The position numbers were made by a program, and so were the translations under genes. A stretch of DNA of 64,000 nt from Candidatus Calditenuis fumarioli (lineage in GTDB: Archaea; Thermoproteota; Nitrososphaeria_A; Caldarchaeales; Calditenuaceae). Shown one piece after another: positions 54,668-64,000 of this stretch (the first letter of the stretch is position 1; the number at the start of each line of letters is the position of its first letter). The DNA lies in NCBI GenBank assembly GCA_030059665.1, contig JANVYR010000001.1, positions 128,001-192,000 on the forward strand, written 5' to 3'. The notes beneath the pieces were generated by a model. That model worked only from the letters and a program-made list of their open reading frames with translations, ran no database searches and was not told the DNA's origin.

Positions 54668-55876
54668 ATGGTAAGACGCCGCCTGCGGATCCTCTTCACC
54701 TCTAGCGGATACAGCATTGGAGGGGCTACGATGGCTATGATGCACTTGGCAATCGGACTGGCCAGTCTCGGACACGAGCCGATCGTGCTGACCTCAAGAC
54801 CGGCATCGAGATACTCTCACCTCTTCGAGAGACTCAGGCGCAACGGCGTCAGGGTCTTATCGTTTGGAGGGGATTACAGGTCGATACTTTACTGGGTCTG
54901 GCTCTTCTTCAGGACATTACGTACTATAAGGGCCATGGCAGTGGACATCGTCCATTGTCACGGCACCAAGGAAGCTGTAGTTGTCGGGGTCGCCGCGAAG
55001 CTGGGCCGCAAAACGGTCGTCTACACGCTGGAAGGTGACCCGCTGATTGAACTTCAACTCGCGGGTGCTGGGCCTCTCTCGAGGCTCCTCATGCTCCTCT
55101 TGCTTCACGTGGGTCTCAGGCTTGCAGACAGGGTCGCCGCGTGCAGCAGTTGGCTCGCGGAACACGTGAGGGCAAGGTACGGTGTTGAGGCAATAGGCAT
55201 CTGGAACCCGATAGATTACGAGAGGTTCTCCGAGGTGAGGAAGGCCGAATCGGCAGTGCCCATCATAACGTTCGTCGGGAGGCTGGAGAGGGTCAAGGGG
55301 GTCGAGACGCTACTGATGGCGCTCAGCGAGCTGAGGAAAAGTGGTCGCAGCGATGTAACCCTGCGACTAATAGGCGAGGGGCCGCTGAGGAGGAGGCTGG
55401 AAAGGCTCTGCAAAGATCTGGGGATCGACGGAGGCGTGATTTTCGTGGGACATGTGGGTGACGTCGAACGTCACCTGGCGGACTCTTGGGCCTTCGTTCT
55501 ACCGTCCCTCTACGAGCCGTTTGGCATGGCCGCTGCGGAGGCATCCGTGGCCGGACTTCCTGTTATCGCATCAAACGTAGGGGGTCTCAGGGAGATCGTC
55601 GTGGAGGGCGAGACCGGATTCCTCTTCAGACCAGGAGATTACAGGGAGCTTTCAAAACTTTTAGCCACAGTTCTGGACAACGAGAATTTGAGGAGAAGGC
55701 TGGGGGAAAAAGGACGTGAGCGCGCGAAGGAATTCGCTGCTGCGAAAATAGCGGAGAAATATGTTGAACTCTATCTCAGCGTTCTTGCTAGAAAGGAGGG
55801 CCCAAACAGATGCAATAAGACGGTTAACATCCACGGCTACACCCCAGACTATCTTAAACGGTACACAATGAGGTAG
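54668..55876 (+). CDS. Glycosyltransferase family 4
   Basis: GG...., FVGRLERVKG, PSLYEPFGMAAAEA. Confidence 0.93.
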   Translation: MVRRRLRILFTSSGYSIGGATMAMMHLAIGLASLGHEPIVLTSRPASRYSHLFERLRRNGVRVLSFGGDYRSILYWVWLFFRTLRTIRAMAVDIVHCHGTKEAVVVGVAAKLGRKTVVYTLEGDPLIELQLAGAGPLSRLLMLLLLHVGLRLADRVAACSSWLAEHVRARYGVEAIGIWNPIDYERFSEVRKAESAVPIITFVGRLERVKGVETLLMALSELRKSGRSDVTLRLIGEGPLRRRLERLCKDLGIDGGVIFVGHVGDVERHLADSWAFVLPSLYEPFGMAAAEASVAGLPVIASNVGGLREIVVEGETGFLFRPGDYRELSKLLATVLDNENLRRRLGEKGRERAKEFAAAKIAEKYVELYLSVLARKEGPNRCNKTVNIHGYTPDYLKRYTMR

Positions 55877-55931
55877 TGCCTTAAGGTGAAGCATCGCTTA
55901 TCGCAGAATGCGAAACTCATTACTGGTTTAG

Positions 55932-57158
55932 ATGGGGAGCAGTACGAAGGGTATCCACATAAATTCCCAGACGATTTTTGGAGCAGGTGCTATGGTTTCG
56001 GTGATGACTTTCACTGGTAAGATCAGCGGTCTGAAAGCCTCATCGCTTCACGCCCAGTACTTTGAGGAGTACGTCGCGTTAGCAGGTCATTTAGATAGGC
56101 TACTGGTGGTTACTGACACGATCGAGTACTTGCCACCTGACCTTCCTTCTAACCTGGAGGTCGTGAAGGTCGATGTCGTCAGACTCCCTGAAGTTTACGG
56201 CGTAACTAAGATGGCCGGTTTTTGCCTCCAGCCACTTCTCAAGAGCGTAGACGTCGTCTACGTACGGACGTTCAGCCCACCGGAGCTGGCGGCCCTTTGG
56301 ATCGCAGGGACCTTGAAGGGCGTTCCCTCGGTCCTCACCATAGGCGGGACCTGGCTCTTCGGGAAGCCGCATGAGTCGCCAGGGGTTAAGAAGTCAGTCT
56401 TCAGGTGGATCCTGAGGAGGGCTGCTTACACGGCCTCGAGGGTAACCCTCTACTCCCGTTATATGTTGCCCGAGGTGATGTATTTCATTCCACGCATCGA
56501 TCTAGGTAGGGTCAGGTTCATACACAACTCGGTGAACGTTGAGAGGTTCAGGCCCGGGTTGAGACCACCCTCGAGTTGGGAGGGCGACGGCAGGCGCAAG
56601 GTCTTCTGGGTCGGTCGGATAAACGAGGGGAAGGGCGTCGAGGACCTGATAGCTGCTTTCGCCAAGGTAGCCACTAGTTTCAAGGACGTCGATTTGTGGA
56701 TCGCTGGGACTGGAGATCGACAGTACGTCGACCACCTGAAGAGGCGGTGCAGGGAACTCGGGATGGCGGACAGGGTCGTGTTTCCGGGGCCGATCCCAAA
56801 CGAGGAGGTGCCGAGGTACATGGCTAACGCCACGGTCTTCGCTTACCCCTCAAGAGGGGGAGAGGGTATCCCGAGGGCTCTGCTCGAGGCTATGGCGTGC
56901 GAGGCGGCCGTCGTTGCAACCAAGGTCTCGGGGATACCTGAGGCAGTGATAGACGGCGAGACTGGACTACTGGTTGGGAAGCAGGATGTAGAGGGGCTAT
57001 CGAGGGCACTCGAGTTGCTGTTAGCTGACGAGGGGTTGGCGCGTAGGTTGGGTCGCAACGCAAGGGCGAAGATCGTCAGCGAGTTCAGCCACGAGGTCGT
57101 AATTCCACAGATAGCGTCGCTTCTGAGAGAAGTCAGCGCCGAGAGGAGCAGATTTTGA
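55932..57158 (+). CDS. Glycosyltransferase family 4
   Basis: VGRINEGKG, PSRGGEGIPRALLEAMA; true start may be a downstream ATG. Confidence 0.92.
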   Translation: MGSSTKGIHINSQTIFGAGAMVSVMTFTGKISGLKASSLHAQYFEEYVALAGHLDRLLVVTDTIEYLPPDLPSNLEVVKVDVVRLPEVYGVTKMAGFCLQPLLKSVDVVYVRTFSPPELAALWIAGTLKGVPSVLTIGGTWLFGKPHESPGVKKSVFRWILRRAAYTASRVTLYSRYMLPEVMYFIPRIDLGRVRFIHNSVNVERFRPGLRPPSSWEGDGRRKVFWVGRINEGKGVEDLIAAFAKVATSFKDVDLWIAGTGDRQYVDHLKRRCRELGMADRVVFPGPIPNEEVPRYMANATVFAYPSRGGEGIPRALLEAMACEAAVVATKVSGIPEAVIDGETGLLVGKQDVEGLSRALELLLADEGLARRLGRNARAKIVSEFSHEVVIPQIASLLREVSAERSRF

Positions 57159-58098
57159 GGTAAGCTTCCGCGTACCTCCTGACGGCCTTCTCCCACTCGA
57201 ACTCCCTTGCCACGACCTCCCTTCCCCTCTCACCCATCTCTTCCCTCAACTCTGGGTCACCGAGCAGTGCCGATATGTATTCCGCGATCTTGACCGGGTC
57301 CCTTTCCCGGACGATGAAGCCCTCACGGCCGTGCGTGAAGACCTCTGGGACGAGACCTACTGCTGTCGAGACGAAGGGCGTCTGACAGGCCGCTGCCTCG
57401 AAGACGGTCCTTGGACCTCCCTCGTAGTGTGACGTGCAGACGAAGACCGCAGCCTCATTGTAGTGCCTCACGAGCTCGTCTTGCCCCACCCATCCGTAGA
57501 ACCTGACCACGGACCCGACCCCTAATCGGTCCGCCAGGGACTTCAGCGGCCTTCTCTCAGGGCCGTCACCGACGATCCTGACCTCCAGCCCGGGGAAATC
57601 CCTAGCCAGAACCGGAACGGCCTCGATGAGGAGCTCAAGCCCCTTTTCAGGTACTAGTCGGGAAGCCGACAGCACAATGGGCCGCCTCGATGAATGCGGG
57701 TTCAGTGGTCTGAAGAGGTCCAACTTAATGTAAACCGATGGGATGACCATCACGTTCCTGACACCCATTCTTTTCAGGCTCGAAGCTATCTGCCTGCTGA
57801 CGGCCCTAACGAATTGGGACTGCCTCAGTACGAACCTCGCGGCCAAGAGGTCCTTTAACGGCAGGAAACCGCCCTCGAGGTAGTTGCCGTGAACCTCGCA
57901 TATCATGGTCGCTCCCGAGAGCTTGGCCTGCATTAGTGCCGGTAGCCCGATCCTCAGGGTGGGCTCTTGGGCTACCACGAGGTCGTAGCGCCTAGCCCGT
58001 GGCAGATGAAGGCCGTCTGAGACCTCAACCTCTCCCCAATATCTCCGAAGCTCGTCTATGGCGATCGATGGCCTTCTGCCGACCATCAACACCCTCAA
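57133..58098 (-). CDS. Glycosyltransferase family 4 (short N-terminal domain)
   Basis: SRLVPEKG, SHYEGGPRTVFEA. Confidence 0.9.
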   Translation of the reverse strand: MRVLMVGRRPSIAIDELRRYWGEVEVSDGLHLPRARRYDLVVAQEPTLRIGLPALMQAKLSGATMICEVHGNYLEGGFLPLKDLLAARFVLRQSQFVRAVSRQIASSLKRMGVRNVMVIPSVYIKLDLFRPLNPHSSRRPIVLSASRLVPEKGLELLIEAVPVLARDFPGLEVRIVGDGPERRPLKSLADRLGVGSVVRFYGWVGQDELVRHYNEAAVFVCTSHYEGGPRTVFEAAACQTPFVSTAVGLVPEVFTHGREGFIVRERDPVKIAEYISALLGDPELREEMGERGREVVAREFEWEKAVRRYAEAYLKICSSRR

Positions 58099-58490
58099 GC
58101 CGCTTTCTACAGCAGAATTGAGATAGGATGTGAAATTAGGTGTTTCTCTGTCCGGACCTTCCGGTTATTCGATCAAGGGTTATTCATCTTGCAGGTATGG
58201 CTGGGCATTGATCCATCCATTCACGGCAATTGAGCAATTTTATAGAGTTCCTGAAAACATTGCCCGTTTAAGGGTGGGACCCATGCTATTTCTCGATCGA
58301 GACACCGGCTAAGTTGGACACGTCTAGACGGCTTCACACTTCCGTTCCACAACTAGATGGCTCGACGGGAAGAAGATGGTGTCGGCGGAGGTTCTATTTC
58401 AGATCCAACACCGAGTTTTACGCTCGGTGAAGCCTCGTTTTCGTGGTTATTAGGGGGCGAGGTTCGAAAAAGCGTATTCGTCACCATCTT

Positions 58491-58892
58491 TTAGCCATCG
58501 CTTAGCCCCAGATCGTTTAGAAGTACTTTCAGTTGATCCTTGATAATTATGCCCTTTCGGATTGCCTCAATCACCATCGGTGTCCTTAATTTCTTCTGTC
58601 TGAGGAATTCCTGCGGTGTCAGCGGTATTATCTCCAAGTCCGGATACTCTCGCAATACGTCTATGAGTTGGTCGAACCTTTTCAGTGGATTCCGTGCAAA
58701 CCTTGGTGATATTACTAAAAGGTCCACATCGCTCCACTCGTTGAAGTCCCCCCTGGCGTACGATCCTATGATTGCAGCTGAAACTGGACCTAAGATCCGT
58801 TCTATCATGCAGACTGCCTCGGCGGCCGATTCAATGGCTGCTTTTCTCACGCGCTTCCTTTCTTCAAGGATTCCCATTTCGCCTTCACCCAA
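58491..58892 (-). CDS. Minimal nucleotidyltransferase (MNT) antitoxin
   Basis: IIGSYARGDFNEWSDVDLLVIS. Confidence 0.9.
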   Translation of the reverse strand: MGEGEMGILEERKRVRKAAIESAAEAVCMIERILGPVSAAIIGSYARGDFNEWSDVDLLVISPRFARNPLKRFDQLIDVLREYPDLEIIPLTPQEFLRQKKLRTPMVIEAIRKGIIIKDQLKVLLNDLGLSDG

Positions 58893-59260
58893 CTCAGAAC
58901 CTCTTCCGCTCTCCTAATGGCTTCCAGAGCCTCGCTCTCGGAAAAGTACTCTTCAGGCATACCTGACTCCCATACATCTGGATGTCTTGTCGACGTATAA
59001 TACTTGTCGAGTCGCAGACAGTCCTCCTTAATTCTGTCATCGCCGCCGATGAGGCCTTCCAGAGCGTCGTACAATTTCTTGAGGCTGTGACCATAGCGCG
59101 GATTGCCGGAACCCCACAATAGAGCCCTCAATGCCTTCTCTGTTGCTTGGTGCGACTTGAAGCACGCCCAGTTGTATTCACCGCCCCTCAAGTCCTTGAC
59201 GGCTGAGTTCAGAGTTGCCTGAGCACTTGTTATCCACCTGCCGAACTCGTCTTCGTCCAA
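58847..59260 (-). CDS. HEPN domain protein (toxin partner of MNT)
   Basis: WACFKSHQATEKALRA, GHSL, LDKYYTSTRHPD, EALEAIRRAEE. Confidence 0.9.
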   Translation of the reverse strand: MDEDEFGRWITSAQATLNSAVKDLRGGEYNWACFKSHQATEKALRALLWGSGNPRYGHSLKKLYDALEGLIGGDDRIKEDCLRLDKYYTSTRHPDVWESGMPEEYFSESEALEAIRRAEEVLSWVKAKWESLKKGSA

Positions 59261-59476
59261 GGATCAGCACCGTAAATATTTGTCTAACCTGCTGATAAAA
59301 GTGCTCCTACAGATTGGGCTCAAGTGCGAGATCACGGACACATTAATTGGATGCGGGCGTCACATTCCATAAGTGACCTGTCCTATTCTCAGAGATATTC
59401 GGATAGGTTGCGATGCGAGGTTCTGAAGACAAAAAGGATGGGTGATGGGGATGGAAGTAGCTAGTTTCTGACAGAT

Positions 59477-60370
59477 CTATTCCTCAACAGGGTTTGAAGA
59501 GCCAACGCCAGTTGTTTCGTCAACATGGGCATGAGGCGTATGCCGGTGATTCACGGGAATAAATAACATGTTCTTAGCAGGCCTGTACATCGTTAAGTCT
59601 ATATCCTCTTTCATCATATATCCTAATTGAGATAGCAACTTTACTACGTCGTCGAAGTTTTGGTGCCAGACTTCTACGAGGAGAAGCGGATATCTTTCCC
59701 TTAATGTCCTCGTCATCCCCTTCAGGACGTCCAGTTCATGCCCTTCCACATCTATTTTGACGAACTCGGGCCCGGATTGGGGGAAGAAACGCACTACTAC
59801 GTCGTCTATTCTGATCGTTTGGACGTTGCCTGGGCCTTGCGTCACCCTAGCACTACCACCTGAACCTATTATTGCCATCGTTTTACTGGACTCCGAACTT
59901 GCAGCGTAAGGCAATACGATGACGTTTCCGATTTTGTTAAGCCTTATGTTCCTAAGGAGAACCTTTCTAACTGCCTCCTGCGGTTCGACTGCTATCACTT
60001 TCTCGCATATTTGCGAGAGAAGCAGCGAATAAGCTCCCATATGTGCTCCGACATCTATAGCAGTTCTTGGCTTCAGTTCTGCCAATAGACGCTTCTCCAC
60101 CTTTTCATACTCGTCCGAGAACACGACGATTTCTAATTTACATTCGCCGAGAAGGACCCTGATTCTAAATCTATAATAAATCACTTCAATAGGTATTTTT
60201 CTCACTAACCGCGAGTCTACAAACTTATAAAAATCGAGACCCCATCGTCGGAGTGCAACTCTTCTAAGAACGCGCAGAAGAACGTATGAACCAAGGATTA
60301 AAATCAGCTGAGGGTAGGACCGCCAGGAAATCTTCAGCCGACGCAACAGCCCGGGCAGCCCCCACCTCAA
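59477..60370 (-). CDS. FkbM family methyltransferase
   Basis: IDVGAHMG, VEPQ, FVKIDVEGHELDVLKG. Confidence 0.92.
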   Translation of the reverse strand: MRWGLPGLLRRLKISWRSYPQLILILGSYVLLRVLRRVALRRWGLDFYKFVDSRLVRKIPIEVIYYRFRIRVLLGECKLEIVVFSDEYEKVEKRLLAELKPRTAIDVGAHMGAYSLLLSQICEKVIAVEPQEAVRKVLLRNIRLNKIGNVIVLPYAASSESSKTMAIIGSGGSARVTQGPGNVQTIRIDDVVVRFFPQSGPEFVKIDVEGHELDVLKGMTRTLRERYPLLLVEVWHQNFDDVVKLLSQLGYMMKEDIDLTMYRPAKNMLFIPVNHRHTPHAHVDETTGVGSSNPVEE

Positions 60371-61470
60371 CGACCCAATTTCACCTCCTGAAAGATATCA
60401 ATGTAGCGTTCCGCGATGCGGTCCCACGAGTAGTTCCTAGCAAAGGCTACCCCTCTGGACGCGAGTTCCTGAGATAGCTTGCGATCATCTAGCAGCTTCA
60501 GGATGGCCTCCGCGAAGGCTTCTGGATCCACCGGAGTGATGATTCCTGCACCCGACTCCTTCACTAGGAAGGATTCATCGACGTCCGTCGCGACTATTGG
60601 CCTGCCGCATGCCATGTATTCCAGTAATTTAAACGATACTCTCCCTCCGAGCGAAACTGACTGGGGTAATATCCCTACAGCCCCCTTCTTGATGTAAACC
60701 GGAACCCTATCATGACTGACATAGCCAGCTAATTCAACGCTGTCAAGGCAAGCTTCTATTGACTTGATGAATCTAGGTGTTGGGTCACCTATAATTATGA
60801 ATCTTACGGTTTTGTCCCTGTGATTGACTTCTCTTATCACCTGACTGAGGAACTCAGACCTGTGGGGTGCGAGCGTGCCTACATACACCACCGTCCTAGA
60901 ATCGGGTATTGGCGTTGGCGTAAAGCTCCTCAGATCGACACCATCAGGGATGACTTCAAGCATGCGAGCGTCGAGACCGTAAAGCTCAATGAACTTCTTC
61001 TTGATCATCTCGGTGTGTACGATCACTTTCACAACCCGTCGGTCATAGAGCAAAGGATGGGGGGGTTGACTAAAATCGGGGTCGTCGGCATCGAGAACGA
61101 ATGGCTTCTCTCCGAGCAAGCGATAAACCAGCAGTGGGAACGCCGTGTCGAACAACCAGTAGACGTCCGCTCTATCGGTTCGCGTGAGGAGGGCGGCGAG
61201 GGGCCCGAGGAATTTGGTGGCATAAGGTCTCCCTAATCGCGCCCTGACTGGCAACAGAACCCTGGCATAGCGCCTCACCCCCTCTATTTCGGGATAACCG
61301 GAACCAGTGGTTGCCCAGATACGGAGGTTAAGCCTTCCTATCAATCTCTCCATCAACTCTGCATACCTGACGTTTCCGATCGGGAAGTGAGAGAGGAGCG
61401 TTGAGACGACGATATTGCCTCCTCGAACGCCCATTGGCAACACCAATTCATTCGACTCCAACTTGCACAT
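60367..61470 (-). CDS. Glycosyltransferase family 4
   Basis: IPDGVDL, YVGTL, KLLEYMACGRPIVATD. Confidence 0.9.
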   Translation of the reverse strand: MCKLESNELVLPMGVRGGNIVVSTLLSHFPIGNVRYAELMERLIGRLNLRIWATTGSGYPEIEGVRRYARVLLPVRARLGRPYATKFLGPLAALLTRTDRADVYWLFDTAFPLLVYRLLGEKPFVLDADDPDFSQPPHPLLYDRRVVKVIVHTEMIKKKFIELYGLDARMLEVIPDGVDLRSFTPTPIPDSRTVVYVGTLAPHRSEFLSQVIREVNHRDKTVRFIIIGDPTPRFIKSIEACLDSVELAGYVSHDRVPVYIKKGAVGILPQSVSLGGRVSFKLLEYMACGRPIVATDVDESFLVKESGAGIITPVDPEAFAEAILKLLDDRKLSQELASRGVAFARNYSWDRIAERYIDIFQEVKLGR

Positions 61471-61969
61471 AAGTATTGGCGTTCATTTAGATAACGTAAA
61501 CTAAAAGGATAACGAGGAACAGTATAACCCTGAGGAACCTCGACCCACAGCGACAACGATGATCGGTGTCCTTAGGATGGCATACTACGTCATCTTTAGA
61601 TCTCTGGGGATGATAAGATGGAGGATCGATTGAGCGTTCTGTTGATCCATAGAGCAAAAAAGAGAAGCGTGCTTGAAAAATTTCTTACTTACTCTGCCAA
61701 CCTTCAGACCTTATCCCCCTTAGGTGTTCGGGGCACCGTCCCTTTTGTAATAGGGGACTAGACTACATCCTTAAAGTCCATGACCAACGAATGCCGAGGC
61801 GAATCCATTGAGAGAAGGAGATGAGCTGCCACTTATTTGCCCCAAATGGGACGCTTTCCCCAGAATCGGGTTAAGGGGGCGTGGACCGACAGTCTTAAGT
61901 TACTTGATACTTCGGAGACCAACGTGTGCGAAGGCTAATATATTCAATTAAGTAAAGCTTATCCAAGGT

Positions 61970-63010
61970 TTGAACTGGAAGAGGAAAAGGGTAATCGTTA
62001 CAGGTGGTGCAGGGTTCATAGGAGGCGCTCTAACCGACAAGCTCTTATCACTAGGATCCGACGTCACAGTTGTCGACAAGTTACTGATTCCTAACGATTC
62101 ATGGATCTGGGAGGCCAAACTGCAAAGGCTTCGGGAAATTTACAGAAGTCATGGTTATGAAAACCCGCAGTTAGAAATTATGGACCTCAGAATCGACAGG
62201 TATCAATTCCAGAGTTTGGCCGAGGACCATGATATCGTTTTCCATCTCAGCGCGCTCTTCGGTGGAAGGGAATTCGTGGACAAGTATCAGACAGAGACCT
62301 CGGAGATCCTAGCAATTGATCATAATGTGATCATGGCATCCTATGAAGCAGGGATCGAGAGGTTCCACTATGCCTCATCGGCATGCGTCTATCCACCATC
62401 GTTAAACAAGCCTGGATACCTCCTGAAGGAGGATGACGTCCTCAGCACAGGCGAGGGATGGAAGAGCAGCGACAACCTATACGGATTCGCGAAGTTGATG
62501 GGCGAGCTGCCGCTCAAAGTCCTACACGAGGAGAAAGGCTTCAAAAGCAATATATGCAGATACCTTACGGTATACGGGCCGGGTCAGTTCGACACGTCTC
62601 ATGCCATACCGGCCCTGATCGATAGGGCGTTAGACCGAGAGGATCCCTATGTAGTCTGGGGATCCGGCGAACAGGAGCGTGGATTCACATACGTCGATGA
62701 CATCGTTGAGGGCACGATTTTGGCGACCGAAAAAATAGTCGATGCAACCCCCGTTAACCTAGGCTGGGACAAGAGGTACAAAATAAAGGAAGTGGTACGG
62801 ATAATCCTAGAGGTCGTCGGACATAGGCCTAAGGAGGTGGTCTTCGACAGGACTAAGCCAGAGGGGCCCTTCAGCAGGGCTCTCGATATAACCAGAGCGA
62901 GGGAGATTTTGGGCTGGTATCCACGCGTCGACCTCGAAGAAGGAATTAGGAGAACTGTGGAGTGGAGGAAGGAGATGAGAGCTAAGTTCAAAGTGAAGAT
63001 AACCGGTTGA
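61970..63010 (+). CDS. NAD-dependent epimerase/dehydratase (GDP-mannose 3,5-epimerase-like)
   Basis: TGGAGFIG, YASSACVYP, YGFAK, WGSGEQERGFTYVDD. Confidence 0.9.
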   Translation: MNWKRKRVIVTGGAGFIGGALTDKLLSLGSDVTVVDKLLIPNDSWIWEAKLQRLREIYRSHGYENPQLEIMDLRIDRYQFQSLAEDHDIVFHLSALFGGREFVDKYQTETSEILAIDHNVIMASYEAGIERFHYASSACVYPPSLNKPGYLLKEDDVLSTGEGWKSSDNLYGFAKLMGELPLKVLHEEKGFKSNICRYLTVYGPGQFDTSHAIPALIDRALDREDPYVVWGSGEQERGFTYVDDIVEGTILATEKIVDATPVNLGWDKRYKIKEVVRIILEVVGHRPKEVVFDRTKPEGPFSRALDITRAREILGWYPRVDLEEGIRRTVEWRKEMRAKFKVKITG

Positions 63011-63016
63011 TGTGGT

Positions 63017-63545
63017 ATGGCGACTATGATAAAGAGCATAACAGTGGTTGGACTGGGCAAGCTCGGCCTTTGCATAGCGGCCGTTTTGGCGGATGCAGGA
63101 TTCAAGGTCGTAGGTGTAGACGTTGACGAGGGGCGCGTGAGGGCGGTCAATTCGGGCGAGGTCTACATCAAGGAGCCTAAGTTACCCCACCTCATTCGGA
63201 AAAATCGGAAAAGAATACGGGCCACGACAGCTCTCGATGACGCTATCGCATCTTCTCAAGCCACGTTCGTAATATTGCCTACTCCCAGCGAGCCTGACGG
63301 TACCTTCTCGCTCAAGCACGTGCTGCCAGTGGTAAAAGAAGCGGCAAGGGCAATCTCAAGAAAGGACGAATACCACTTAATGGTAATAAATAGCACTATC
63401 ATGCCAGGCTCAATGGATAATTATATTAAACCAACATTGGAAGAGCACTCAGGTAAACTCGTCGGGAATGGTGTAGGGCTTTGTTATAACCCCGAGTTCG
63501 TCGCACTAGGGGACGTCATAAACGGTCTCACTCGTCCTGATCGAA
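63017..63545 (+). pseudogene. Truncated UDP-glucose/GDP-mannose dehydrogenase (N-terminal NAD-binding domain only)
   Basis: VVGLGKLG, ILPTPS, STIMPG, YNPEFVALG...PD, then homology ends and the ORF stops at 63610 with unrelated residues. Confidence 0.8.
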
Positions 63546-63593
63546 GGATTAACCCGATTCATTGCAACATATATAAATTGGGGGAGACTAGCT

Positions 63594-64000
63594 ATGACCA
63601 TCAGTTTTAGTATTATAACTACAACATTGGATAGACCTGAATTGTTGAAAGAGGCTATAGTGTCAGTGATTAATCAAAATTATGACAAGTCTTTAATTGA
63701 ACACATAATCATTGATGCGTCTCCCAAGAAAACAGCAAAGGATACGGTGGAAAAATTGTCGGGGGGAGTCGATTTCGCCATAAAATACGTCCACATGCCG
63801 CGCGTGAACATACCAACTGCTATAAACGAAGGCATTAAAATATCCACAAACGACGTCATAGTGATATTACATGATGACGATCTGTTACCTCCTGAAGCGC
63901 TCCGACATGCTGCAAACCGGTTTGATGAATTCTGTCAGCGTGGTGTTGATCTGGACATCGTATGTGGTGATGTTGCGGTCATACGGACTAATCATCGAAC
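63594..64000 (+). CDS. Glycosyltransferase family 2, partial (runs off the window)
   Basis: Manual translation MTISFSIITTTLDRPELLKEAIVSVINQNY...IIIDA...AINEGIK...VILHDDD; TATATAAA upstream. Confidence 0.88.
   Translation, partial: MTISFSIITTTLDRPELLKEAIVSVINQNYDKSLIEHIIIDASPKKTAKDTVEKLSGGVDFAIKYVHMPRVNIPTAINEGIKISTNDVIVILHDDDLLPPEALRHAANRFDEFCQRGVDLDIVCGDVAVIRTNHR

Larger units (their letters stand above)
52950..64000. other. Low-GC mosaic surface-glycosylation island
   Basis: Abrupt AT enrichment after 52951, alternating AT-rich and intermediate blocks, glycosyltransferase genes, TA pair, truncated gene. Confidence 0.85.

Noticed and set aside
61471-61969. 500-nt AT-rich gap possibly holding an IS or gene remnant
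   Set aside because: No terminal inverted repeats, transposase fragments or recognisable protein motifs were found by eye.

Overview
Archaeal chromosomal segment. Ribosomal proteins eL15/eL34/eS6/eS24, SecY, RFC, Dph5, an ESCRT-III protein and a BHB-type tRNA intron point to TACK; Aigarchaeota/Caldarchaeales-like is an inference from gene content and high GC. Positions 1 to ~52.9 kb are GC-rich and densely coded. They hold housekeeping genes (uL15-secY-DUF106-eL34, cmk, eL15, leuA-ilvB, argS, trx, rfcS, ksgA, uS19, nadE, nfo, rpiA, homocitrate synthase, dph5, ribL, eS6, eS24, sua5), a Liv-type ABC transporter, a Mo-hydroxylase large subunit with a separated CoxG, A-type ATPase subunits C and H, and two convergent tRNAs (His with intron, Glu). 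From ~52.95 kb the composition becomes a lower-GC mosaic: a surface-glycosylation island with several GT4s, a GT2, a GT-C-like membrane protein, FkbM, an epimerase, a truncated UDP-sugar dehydrogenase and a HEPN-MNT pair. The best non-obvious signal is a structured 5' leader with a 22-aa uORF ending in four Leu codons that abuts the Shine-Dalgarno of leuA, a candidate leucine-sensing translational control element in an archaeon. Also notable are two intergenic C/D-box sRNA candidates with rRNA-complementary guides, and an NAD-kinase-like/wHTH fusion with an altered GGDG motif lying divergent to an NnrE whose dehydratase half is degenerate. No CRISPR array, integrase or transposase was seen. 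All family assignments come from motif recognition without database searches.
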